From Saccostrea echinata (Eukaryota): 64,000 bases of DNA. Below, piece after piece: positions 36,196 through 48,806 of the stretch (its first letter is position 1; each line of letters opens with the position of its first letter). Under the pieces are notes generated by a model. It ran no database searches and was not told where the DNA came from. It saw nothing but the letters and a program-made list of their open reading frames with translations. Both the position numbers and the translations under genes were made by a program. Where the stretch lies: the NCBI RefSeq assembly GCF_033153115.1, contig NW_026889803.1, positions 9,858,001-9,922,000 of the forward strand, given 5' to 3'.

Positions 36196-38068
36196 TATTT
36201 GTTGATTTAGTCAAATTCACCACTTCAATAATAACTAGAACTGTCCAAAAGGGACAAATACCCCCGCTGGGTTTTTCAGAGAAGTGACAAATCACTAATA
36301 TTTTATGCATCTAAGAGGTGTTCACACTTTACTTAAATTGCTCATTACATATTTTTAATGAAGGAAACTAAGGTGCAACCTAATAAAACATCAATACTAA
36401 TTATTACATTTTTTATTACATTGAAAAAATAAATTACAACTATCTATCATCATGAGACATGACACTCTGCAAATTAATTGTTGAAAAAAAAAAATCATAT
36501 TTAATTATACAAAATCAAATTAATCTTGATAACTTTACATCCAAGTCATTTTAAAAATAAAAGGCTGGTCATCCAGTAAATTCATGTATGCATTTTGACA
36601 GACTATAAATTGAGAGAGATCTTTAATTCTTCTGCCAAATTCCCAGGAGATACATATATAGATGCTTGATCAGAGATGCCCTAACAGTTTCCCACATTGA
36701 ACTCCTTTAATTAATCTTTAACTGGATGCATATCCACTCATTAATCCCAAGGGACAAATGGATTTAAGATAACTGCTTTGTAATGCACTGTGTACAATAG
36801 AAAAGGTATATCTATGTCATTCTATTGAAAACAAAGATTTTTTTCCTTTTAATCTGTTACAAAACTTTATATAATGGAAAAAAAAGAACTGTGTAATCTT
36901 GATGCAACATATTTAATAGGGTTACTGCATGACTCTTGGATTTGTAGGGATTATCTGTCAAAAAAACTTTTTTTAATACTTGGTGATTTTATTTTTAGTT
37001 TTAATGAGTAGTTTTAAGCTGTAGTTCACATTTTTGTACAGATGTACCAACTGGCAGTTCTAGATTCTATGTCTCAGACCTATATAAATCCAACATGACT
37101 AAGTCAATAAAAACAAAACAAACAAAAAAACACCTGTAAAATGCAGAAAAATTAACCAATAATGATGAGAATAGCAGGTGCACACCTTCATATAATGAAT
37201 AAAAAGTTTACAAATTTTTCAGACAAATCTATGCAATAGTCTCTGAGAAAAGGTCCAGACAAAATCGCGTAATAAAAATGAAAAAAAAAAAAAACACCTG
37301 TAAAATGCAGAAAAATTATCCAATCATGATAAAAATACCAGGTGCACACCTTCATATGAATAAAAAGTGTACAAATTTTCAGACATATCCATGCAATAGT
37401 CTCCAAGAACAGCTCTGGACAAATCTCCTCTACAGACAAACAGACAGACTTACAGACATGGTGATTCCAATATACCCCCCCTAAACTTTGTTTGCAGGGG
37501 GGTATAATTATGAATCATAATTTTATGGACAATGGTCCTACCAATAAGATTTTTGTCATGTTTCTTATTTGATGAACATTCAATTTCAAGAATCGACTCA
37601 AAAAGAAATCCACAAAAATAAGTGTTCATAATGATAAAACCACAGTATGCCCTCAGTATATATGCTAGATGTCAAAGGTAAAGATGGACATTTTTCAAAT
37701 GTATTATTGCATCTTCACTCATAGCCCTGCCCAAACAGCAGAACTGTTGACACAGGATTCATGATGAATTTCATGAATGGTAGAAATGTTCATGATTATT
37801 CAAACCATGTATTTAGTTTGTTTGCTACAGAAAGAAGACCAAACAAATTTTACTTTTTACCAAAAATTTATGGCCCCTGGGGTAAGGATAATTAAATTGA
37901 CAAGTTGTGTTCTTTCCACACAGATGTTACAAAGCTGAAGTATATCATTACTGACACACAGGAATAGCTATACTTTATCTTGGTGACACAGGTGACCCAA
38001 AAATGAAGACAGCCCAAAAAAAAAGCTGCCCAAAAAAATCACTTAAGCATTTGTAATGCTTAAAAAAT

Positions 38069-41000
38069 TCAGTAATCCCAATCTTTAACTTCCATAATTC
38101 TCATAGTAATCAATGCTTTGAAAATTATTTTACGGTCTTCACTCTTTAAGAAATTGAGCTGTTTTGTGTAAAATAATATTGGTTCTTCATCCTTTGTTGA
38201 ATCAAATTTCACAGATCCAGGTTTGTTTCTTCTTTTTATTTTTTCAAAGCTTTCTGGTTTGATTTTCAGGAAAGTAAATAATACCTGCAAAAATAAATTT
38301 GACTATTAAATCTTTTAAACAAATAAGCCATCTTTCCAAGTCAAGGGTTTGTGATCCACTCCACTCCACATACACCCTTGACCAAATAGACTGACTTTGA
38401 CGGGGTTTACTATCGCACCATCTAGTGAAATTACACGTTTTGAACTCTATTGCCCTCTGCTATTGACCAATTAGAGTAAGCGATTTAAATAGAGAATGTG
38501 AGACAATATTGAAAGTTGTTAATAAATTCACTCCAAAGCCGAGACAATCCTTTAACTTGGTCATTTAATGTAAAGATATTTTCGTTGGGACAATAACTCG
38601 ACAGGTGTGTTTTTCTGTTAATAACGATTAAGTTTCTGGTTAGATAAAACAATGTTTTTGATTGGCTCATGCAAACTTTAATGAGGGAAATCAGAGAGCG
38701 CTTTCTAACCTGTTGGTCTATTTGATCAAGGGTTTATGTGGAGCGGAGTGGATCAGAAACCCTTGACTTGGGAAGATGGAAATAAGCATGCTTCATTTCT
38801 AATTTCGAAAAATTGTCTTTTTTTCTTCTTCATATAATTGAGATAGAATTTTCCATGTACATAAATGTCTCCCCTACAGATATGGTTGGGAGAAGGATTT
38901 TACACAGATGTCTGCTATGACCTTGACCTTTGCCCTATAAACTTGGTTCAAGATCACTGCACACTTATTACCCAAAAGCATTCTGTGGGTGAAGTATGAC
39001 CAAGATTGGGCCAAGGGAAGAGGAAATATGGTTTTTACAAAAGGATCAGCTATGACCTTGACCAAAGAGCTAGAAACTTGGTTGAAGGTCATTGCAAACC
39101 CTTTACCCAAAGGCACCAACTGGGTGAAATATGAGTCAGAATGGGCCTAGTGGTGAGAAAATATGGTTCAGTCAAGTGATATCAGATGGAAAGACATGCA
39201 AGATGAAAAGACTGATCCCTATAGGGTGCCCGCAGAGCGAGGCTCTAATTACAGTCTCCATTATCTTCAGAAGAAAATTTTTAACTTTATATTTATATAT
39301 ATTTCTTTATATGTGAAATATTCATGAAAAAGCAGAGTTCATGAATATTCATCAATGTAATTTTCATGCACAAATATTCATGATCCAAAAATGTCCAATA
39401 ATAATTAAGTTCATAACATTCCAAGCATTCAGAATAAATCATTCATCTTGCATTTACATGTATTGGTGTTCACTTTGACTCACGTTTGAGTGCTGTTTGC
39501 ACTCTGCATTTGCTCACCTTTCAGTGTTCAAAGACCATTCACTCACCGTTCGCTCACCATTTGTTCAGTGTTCTCTCACCTATCAAGTGGGAGAGTTTTC
39601 AGGGACTGTAATATTGACTCAGATTAAATGTTACTTACAGTTTTCACTTACATTTGTCTTTTGTATGACCATTCCAAGTAGACCTCGTTTTAAAACAGAA
39701 CTTTCCAAATACGCTAGCAGTTCTCCAACATGCTGGGCATATACATTTGATGACAGACCACCAATAGAGCTTGTACTGGAACTTGTCTCCTCATTTACAG
39801 TTTCCAATGTTGATGATGAAGAGCATGACTTTTTCTTAACTGGTGAAAAATCTGTTCCTTCTTCAGGATTTTTTCTTTTTACCTATTTAAAAGATGTTCT
39901 TCATATTCTATAATCTTAAATATAACAAAAAATTAGTTTTGATCATGCTTTAATATAGTCTTAACAAACACTTTAGTAAGATTGTATTTTTTATTCCAAA
40001 AATAGTAATTATTGTTCTTCTTCTGTTCTCTTAAATCATATTTTACATAATCAAATCTGATTACATTATTCTACTAATTTCATTAAACTACTATAAGTTA
40101 GCAAATCAGAACTATGAATTAGATCATGTGCTGGTAAAAAGTTAAGTATAGTCCTGACTGGACATAACATAACATGAGAGTGGACCCAGGGTTGTTTCTG
40201 TGTTTGATTTTGGTTAGCTCAGTATTTGCTCCTTGTACCCTTTGGGTCAACAGAAAGAGAATGCAACCTCCATCATTCAAATTAACTTTACACACACAAG
40301 TTTGAAGGGATTGATTGATTGTGTGTTGTTTTACGTCCCGTTCGAGAATTTTTCACTCACATAGAGACGTCACCATATACCAGTGAAGGGCTTCAAATTT
40401 ATACCTTTACTCGGCACTCAGGGCCATTGAGCAGTGAGGATTCTTTATCGTGCCAATGCCTAACGTGACACAGGGCCTCAGTTTTTAAGGTCTCATCCGA
40501 AGGACCCACAACTTTCACTACAAAGTGCTGAGCACTTGGCGAAGGAACAGTTACTACCTATTTTTTCATCAACTTAAGTCAGTCGCGGCCGTGATTCGAA
40601 CACATGACCTTCTGATCATAGAGCGAGCGCTCTACTGACTAAGCTACCATGAAGGGAAGCCAAAGTTAAAAGTTTTGATAATACTGGCCATTTGGTTTAA
40701 AGATATCTGACAAATTATAAACTGAAAGGGTGGATATGACCTCAAAGCACTTGCCCAACTTAATGCTCAACAGATGGAGAGAATACCCAAAATCAGGTAT
40801 TACCCATGAAATCACATATAATACACAATAGTGTGTATCGTTGAATCTGCGAAATCAGGTAACCTGTGCAACTTTCCTCAAAAGCAGAAAAATAAAGCAA
40901 ATAAGGTGCATTATGTCAGTAAGCATGGTATGTACCTCAATGTCTAAGGGGTTTAGAGGTCAAAAGTCAAAAACCACATGACTAACATGGTCGAAGTAAA

Positions 41001-44000
41001 AAGAATGACGGCAGCATCATTATTTTTCAATGTAACTATGATAAACAAATCACTTCAAGTGTTTTGTGTCTATTTCACAAGTATATTCCCTTAGCTTATG
41101 TGAAAAGTTTATGATGAGTATGACAACTGGCAACAACGATGATGAAGACAAAAGATAAAAAAAAATGATCAGAAAAGATTACTTAAGCCTTTAGCTCAGG
41201 TGTGCTAAAATCTCCAGCTCTATCATAATCCATCATAATGTATATGTATACATATGATTTAAAGTTTAAGTCTTACCTCACAGACACTTAATATAATCCT
41301 TGGATCATCACATTTAGTGACAAGAATATCAGCTTTTGAGGAGATTTCTTGTCCAAATATTGTGGCATGTCCCATTGGTAAATATGATTGTGTCCTACAA
41401 ATCAAATAATTTGTTTACAATTTTTTTTTAAAATTAGAACATGTAGTAATACACATCTGCACTCCATAGTAACCATATCAGCACAAATGGTCTGTGGCCC
41501 ATATGAATCACCTGTAATTAAACACAACCCTGCAAAAGCTTAATAAAACACTCTGTTTGCCAGTTAACATCAATATCATAATTTGAGCAATGTGACCCAT
41601 ATGGCCTCTTGTTGTGATTAATTGTCATGCAATGACAATTAAACACCACAGAAGGCAATGAGCTACATGTACATTGCTCTAAAAATTAAATATAAGTTTG
41701 CTTCCATATCAATTTTACAAATTTCATCCCAAGAAGATCTAATATAGTACACTACAGTCAACAAGGATCCCTTATTTTCCGCAAGCTCTTGTAAAATGCA
41801 TTTTGGCACAGGTGTCTGAACCCGTCACCTTTCCTGTTCTTGAGAAGAAAATTTTCCGAGGTGTTCCTGTGTATAATTTTGATCTCCTATTGTGGCCCTG
41901 CCCTACCCCTGGAGTGTCATGATTTGAACAATATTAAATCTATATGTACACTACCTATGGATGCTTCTGTATCAATATGATTTATAACGGCTTTGCTGTT
42001 CTTGAGAAGACGATTTCTACGCAAATTGCCCATATATTCCTATGTAAAACTTTGATCCCCTGTTGCAGACCCCCTGTTCCCCAGGGGTCATGATTTGAAC
42101 AAAACTAATCTACACTATCTGAGGATGTTTTTGTATAATTATGACTATTCAAGGCTTTGCTGTTCTTACAAAGATTTCTGAAGATATTTCCAATATAATT
42201 CTATGTGATCTACACTATCTGAGAAAGATTCTATATTAATATGATTAATGAAGGCTTTGCTGTTCTTGAGAAGAAGATTTTTCAAGATATTTCGTACATA
42301 AATATATGTAAAACTTTGATCCTCTGTTGTGGCCCTGTCCTAACTCCAGGGGTCATGACTTTGCCAAACTTGAATTTACACTATGTAATGAAGCTTTCAT
42401 ATATGTTACATCTGTTCTGACCCAGTGGTTCTGGAGGAGAAAATTTTTAAAAGATGCTATTAAATTTTCACTAATTCTTAATTATATCCCCTTGAAAGAG
42501 GGTGTTGCCCTAGGCCATCATTGGAACAACCTGAAGTCGCTTCATCCAAGGATGCTTTTTTGCAAGTTTGGTTGAAAATGGCCCAGTGGCTCTGGAGAAG
42601 TCAACAATGTGAAAAGTTAACAGACGATTGGACAGACGGACGATGGACAAAAGGTAATCAGAAAAGCTCACTTGAACATTCGGTTCAGGTGGGCTAAAAA
42701 TATGCTCACAACAAAGATTCAAGGTCACTGCACACCCATTATCCACAAGCAATCTATGGATGAAGTATGAGACAAATAGGGCTATGACAAGAGAAAATAT
42801 GCTTCAGGCAAGGGTTTTCTAAAAGGATGTGCAATTACCTTGACCTCTGATCTAGAAACTTTATTCTTTACCAACAAGCCATCTATGGTTGAAGTTTGGA
42901 GCAGACAGGAGCAAGGGGGAAGAAAATGTGCTCCAGACAAGGATTTTACATAGATTTGATGTATCATTGACCTTTGATCTAGAAACATGGTTCAAGGTCA
43001 CTACATATACATCCTTTATTGATGAAGGTTTAGCAGGATTAGACCAAGGGGAGATAAAATATACTCTGGAAAAGTGATATAGGACAGACAATTGGGTGGA
43101 CTGACAGACTGACTGATCACTATAATAGGGCTCCAGCAGAGAGGTACCTTAATAATTAGTGTGCAGTGCTAGTGTAGAGAGGGTTCTTAATGGCGTTTCA
43201 ATCTTCTTCTTACCTGTCTTTTTCAAGTACGTTAATATAATCACAAATTAAATAAATACATGTACATGTATAGAAGATTGACTCCCAATGGCTAATTCAT
43301 GAATACACTATCAGCTGAAGAGCAGTATTGAGGAGCTAAATTTGGAGTGCACTTTTTCATGAATGTTTAGAGTATTCCAGGATATTCATAAAAGAAATGT
43401 TAAGGAATAGTTCTACACTGGTATTAATTGTTACCATTACTGCAGCATCCATCATCCAATATGGTGATGAAAGAGAAGGTCAAGACATTCTCAGGTCTTC
43501 TTTACTATATATATTTAGCACAACATGAAGCTACATGGCAGAAAAATTAAATGCAGGATTTTTTAAAACTTGACAATGTCATTTACTTTGAAATTATGTC
43601 ATTGACCAATTTAAAATGTTTTGCAATGCATCTAGTGTGTTTATATATATATGTCAGATGTATGTCTTTATCAACTGTTTTAAATTTATGTGAACTAAAG
43701 AAAAAATCTAATTTTACTAAATTTGTGACAGTTTAATTGCTCTCACTCTTATGTATCTTTGTTTAAAGCTTGATGAAAAAATCTTGAACAATTTCTTTGA
43801 AACTGATCTATACACTAAGCTAAACACAATTCATAATATTCATTTTACTCATTCTGTTTCTGCCTAAACCAAGAGATGGAACAGGACACATAGTCAGAAA
43901 TACTGAATAAATTTTTCTTTTTTTTTTTTTTTAATTATGTAACTCAAATATGGACCAATGAATATTTGTTTGGACCAGTATATTTCATCAAATCAAAGGT

Positions 44001-46589
44001 CCACTTAACCATTGAATTTTTTTTTAATTTAAAAAACTTCACTAGTATTCACATTAGGCAAGTTCTCAGCCTGAGAATTTCATGACTTTTTCCTGTCATT
44101 GCTATGTTGGATGATGATTACTGCAGTAATGGACAGTCGGTTAGTACCAGTGGTTCTAGAAATGTACCAGGGTTCTTGTATATATACTTACATGACTTTA
44201 AATTCAAACAATTTAAGAAATTTTTCAAAGAGAATTTGATAATCAATTTCATATGGCAACTGGCTCTCTCTTTTTTCGGGCTGGTGTATTTGCTGCATGG
44301 TGTCAAACAGAAAATATCCAAACTCTTCACAGTTTTCACTGAACCTAAAATGCCAATAAAAAAAAATGTAACCACTTTTATATTTAAACTATTCAAGACT
44401 GAACTGATTTCTGCTTTTTCCTAGCCAAAGTGCTCAGGTGAGCAATGTGGCCCCTGGGCCTCTTGTTTTTTTGTTTTTTTTTTGTTTTTTTTTAAATAGT
44501 CTGCAGTGTTTTCAATAAGAGCTGGCAACCAGCAAAATTAACTGCCTGTACAAGAAATTTTGCTGGCTATGAGATTTTAGTCATTGGGATTTTGCCTATA
44601 AGATTTCAGTCATTGGGATTTTGCCGGGGTTAATGGTACATGAAATCCATAGATTTAATCGCAACTATCTACATGATCTAGAGTAACTTCCCTTGAGTGC
44701 ACTCTTTTTCTTGAAAGTTTAATTTGATCCAAATTTCACATACTAGGCTACAACTTGCGAGAGTAAAGTTTAAAGAATATTTCTTTTTTATTTAAGTAAG
44801 TAAATTCTTTATTTCCAATTCTGGGCCCATTCATGGCATATGAGAACAAATCAAACATAAATAAGAGAAGAAACAAATAAACAATAGAGAGGGCAAGAGA
44901 ACCAAAAGATAGATAACAAAGTAGCTAAGGTTTTGACAACGAACTCTGTATATTTACTGCTTCATTGACATAAGCTAAATATTTAAAGATTTTGATGATA
45001 TTGTATTATTTATAACTCCAAAAGTGAATGTTTAGTAAAATGTCTTTTTGGTGACAGAATCTAACAAAATCATCTAGAAATTGCTGTACAGCTGAACATT
45101 GCCAAATTAAATGATATATTGTTTCTTCCTCTGCTTTACAAAATGTACATAGAATCATGATAGATTAGAATATATAATGATTGATTCTATATTGAAGCCA
45201 TTGTAATTTACTGTTTTGGGTTGTTACAAAAGGTAGATACTAAATTGCTTTCCAGTGCATGTGTGTATCTGTCAAGTTGAAGAAATTTGACCATTTTCCC
45301 ATACCCACAGGTTTTATTACTGATTTATTTTGCACATCATGCATAGGCTTTGATCCTTTTTGGTCAACACAAAGACTTTGATATCGCATGGAATTTCTGG
45401 TTTATGAATGTATCCATTTTAAATTTACAAAAGTTATACCTTTTTAAATTTATCAGTATTGCTTGTTGTATGCCTGTATAAGTTAAATGGTTGATATGAA
45501 TATCATATAATTTTGTTGAATGTTGTCTAATGTTAAGAAGTTACTATTCTCATCTAAAAGATCATGTAAATATTTTTTTTCCTTTACATACCAGGACTAA
45601 TAGAATACTGTTTTTTTTTTTTTTTACTGATTTTTAATCTTTTTATCTTGTCTATACATTTCAAGATTTGATTTCCATAAAAGAACTAAAAATCAATTTA
45701 TTAATTTAAGACCTTTTACAACACCTAATGGTGGTTTGGTAAAGTAATAAATATGATTAAGGTGTGATATAAGAAGTGATTTAATAATGTAATTCTTTCA
45801 ATAGGAGTTAAGTTTCTTTTTTTCCATTGCTCAATGATGGTCTTAATTTTTGCCCATTTTTTTTTTTTTTCATAATTCAATTTAATCATCTTTGCTAGGC
45901 CATATGAATTAATTTATAATTTGTTGAGGATGTAAATTTGTGTGTGAGGGGACTCACAAAATCAATGAAAATTGAGCCTCCACACATTCTAATGTTACCA
46001 CAGTCAGGCACAGTGATTGATTCATGAAAACCAAATGAAATCATACAGTATGCAATTTTTAAGTAGGTCCTTTTGGATAAACTGTGTACAAGTCTTATTT
46101 AGTTGATGATGAATTGCCCTGCTATTCTAAAAGTGCTCAGTCTCCCATTTCAATAATATCAACTTACAATTTAAGCTCTTTGACTGTTGTCTTTGGAAAC
46201 CACTCCTGTACCCACTGCTTATAAGGTTTGGTCTCATCATATGGTATCTCCTCCAATGAATCGAAATCAACACACGGTAAACTGCATATTTTAACAATTT
46301 CATCAATTCTAGATAATTCAGCGTCTGTCAAATTACATAATGACCATTCTGTTCGTACCAGTTCAAATGGGCTTGTCATTACCCTTCTAATGCCAAATTT
46401 ATCTATCAAACCATTAGACCAAGAGCTCGGGTTACTTGGAAAGTCGTTTTTGTCTGAGCTTCCATGCGAACTGGGACAAGAAAAATCGCTATTTGTTGAA
46501 GAGTCATTCTTTGTCATTGTACTTGACAACGGAGGGGAGGGTGTCTCTTCTTTCTCCATTTTATCATTAGTTTTCTTTTCACTTTTCAT
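38069..46589 (-). CDS. PD-(D/E)xK restriction-endonuclease-fold protein, 379 aa (exons 46589-46168, 44344-44192, 41394-41277, 39882-39652, 38284-38069)
   Basis: Five exons with GTAAG donors and YAG acceptors, phases 2,2,0,0, giving a 1140-nt ORF with no internal stop. Motifs are EIDYQ, KADILV, VCE|VK and YAQHVGELLAY. The start codon is the first in-frame ATG and is less certain. Confidence 0.8.
38328..38779. mobile_element. MITE with ~60-bp TIRs in the last intron of the nuclease gene
   Basis: CCATCTTTCCAAGTCAAGGGTTT... / ...AAACCCTTGACTTGGGAAGATGG, with TSD AAATAAG. Confidence 0.85.
40311..40649 (-). mobile_element. tRNA-derived SINE
   Basis: Same core as the 14033 copy, reversed, with a (CAAT)n tail and TGAAGGGA on both flanks. 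Confidence 0.85.
41830..42698 (+). mobile_element. HINE with degenerate central repeats
   Basis: Repeats of GGCTTTGCTGTTCTTGAGAAG..GGGGTCATGATTTGAACAA and a 3' AAAAGCTCACTTGAAC..CAGGTGGGCTAAAA end. Confidence 0.75.
44790..45860 (-). mobile_element. Degenerate L1/Tx1-type LINE 3' fragment
   Basis: Minus-strand remnants WKKRNLTPIERITLLKSL, KLQWLQYRINH and CTFCKAEEETIYHLIWQC (zf-RVT-like), with stops and frameshifts. Confidence 0.75.
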
Positions 46590-46663
46590 CTTTTGTTTCT
46601 GTTCCCTCTCTGTGTCACGTTTAAAGTTTTCAGACCAAATTGTACCGTAGCAAATTCGTATTC

Positions 46664-46760
46664 CGTCGGGTAACGGGACGTTTCGCTCCTATTGACGTTT
46701 CTCGCCGAGACCATTCGTCCCCAAAGACCTTTTGCGCTAAGACGTTTCGCGCTACATTTA
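46664..46760. mobile_element. DNA-transposon terminus with GACGTTTCG-like subterminal repeats
   Basis: GGTAACGGGACGTTTCGC followed by ~16-bp repeats; it abuts the 5' end of the nuclease gene. Confidence 0.5.
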
Positions 46761-47769
46761 ATCTAGAGAATAGAACATTATATATAAATATTAAATTGTT
46801 TATATCTATTTCCATATCTAATTTATATTGTCTTTATTTTTAAAAAATAAAAATTATCAAATGTTATTTTTTGCTGTTTTAAGTTAATTAATAAATTAAT
46901 TCATCCAGATGCAGATATATCCCCTACTACCCAAACTCCGTCACCATAAGCGGAAAACACGTCAGGTTACTCTCTGAATTATTTTTTTTATTTGTTTCAT
47001 GTTTGCTACACTTAGTAATGAACTTAAACATTGTTTTCAGAACTATCTAAAAAAAAAAATCAGTTAATATTGGACTTATACAAAACTACTATAAATAGAA
47101 CGCGTATCACATCCTAGTTAGAATAATCTAGCTGTGTCTCGGGACAAGCCCTCACCACCGGGTCCGCAGGACAATATCTAACGATAGAACGTTCTATCTA
47201 ATCACATCCGTGTACATATCGTCCAATGAACCTAACTCCGTCACCATGCCCTCTACAATATGTCAACGTATTAATTAGAAAATAAATTTCCAGTTTAGTT
47301 TTTTCTCCCTTCATCTTAAACTTGTAGACATAGAAAATTAGCTTTGACGATTTTTAAAAATGGTATTAAATTGCATTTTAGGAAAAGTATCAACAACAGA
47401 GAAAATAACGTTAATATAACATATTTTATATGTAATAACGTCATGCTACGTTATCTCCAACGTGTAGCATATACGGATAAATTGAAACGAAAAATGAAAT
47501 ATTTTAGGCCGTATTCAATATGGTATGTCATATTAATCCTTTAATTGGCAAAGACGTTCATAATTATAATTATGACTGACATGTAAAAATGAGTATATTG
47601 ACGCACCTGTCGGAGGTATCGATGGAATAGTGCCTAAAGGAAAAAGTACTTACTGATTTCACATAAAATATGATAGATACAATAGATCATGTGTAACTGT
47701 TTTTTTTTTTATTTTTGACGCATTCTTGAACTTAATTGTAAAAATTTATCGGCATTTGATGGTAGATTT

Positions 47770-48635
47770 TCAGAACTTTCAATTATGTTACTAAAAATTC
47801 TTGATATCCCAAACATAATGTCCTATACTAAGAGTAATTTTATGAATTCATTAAAACAATCCATGAATAAAAAATACTCACTTGATTGGCAACACTCAAA
47901 TGAAACACTAAAAGAGGGCAAACTTGTCACTTATTTATTTCTGAAGAACAATTTTAGATTGGAAAAATATCTAATTTTATTAAAACCTGAATACAGAAAA
48001 CCAATATGTAGATTACGTGTATCAGCGCACAGACTTTTCATAGAATTAGGCAGATATAATAACACACCCAGATCAGAGAGAATATGTAAAAATTGTATGC
48101 TTAATTAAACTGAAGATGAAGAACATTTCCTTATTCACTGTAGCAAATTTTCAAAGGAAAGAGAAGACCTATTTAACCTGATCTCATCTAAAGTAAAACA
48201 TTTTACAGATTTGCCTGATAAACAAAAATTATTCTGGATTCTAAATTGCGAAGAACTAGATATACTAAACTCTCTCGGAAGATTTTTACAAAAAATATTA
48301 CCATAAATTTTAGGAATGTAACTTTTTTTTATTATTATTAATTATGTAAAAGTATGATACTTTCAAGTATATGGTTTAGTAATGTATGCATATATATATA
48401 TATATGATGCACTGTATATATACCTATAAAACAAGTCTTATGTTCATATAAAATATTTTGGGTATTCCCCTACTTGTATGTCTTTTCTATCAATCAAGCA
48501 ATTCTTTCCCTCTTATGTATATGTATATTGTATTTCGTGTGTATGATCATAATCATTATATACATTTTAACAATGTACTTTCTTTTTGCCCCATGAGGGC
48601 CCTTAATTGGTCAATAAACGAATTGAATTGAATTG
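47770..48635 (+). mobile_element. 5'-truncated CR1/L2-group LINE 3' end
   Basis: GKLVTY..K..F.LEKYL...CRLRVSAHRLFIELGRY...ERICKNC...EDEEHFLIHC, then AATAAA and a (GAATT)n tail. Confidence 0.8.
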
Positions 48636-48649
48636 TTACTTGTTACATT

Positions 48650-48806
48650 TAAGGAATGTTTTTAAGTTTTGTGTGAGTTTTTGGTGTGTAAATCACACAG
48701 ACTTGTCACGTGGGCACATTTAATATATATGCCTAAAATATGCCTACGTGCAAGTCTGTGTGATTTACACACCAATAATTCACACTAAACTTGAAAACAT
48801 TCCTTA
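48650..48806. repeat. 157-bp palindromic MITE/hairpin
   Basis: TAAGGAATGTTT..GTGTAAATCACACAGACTTG / CAAGTCTGTGTGATTTACAC..AAACATTCCTTA. Confidence 0.9.

Noticed and set aside
39497-39913. 138-aa plus-strand ORF and its 55963-56310 counterpart
   Set aside because: Antisense shadows of nuclease exon 4; the splice sites and motifs are on the other strand.
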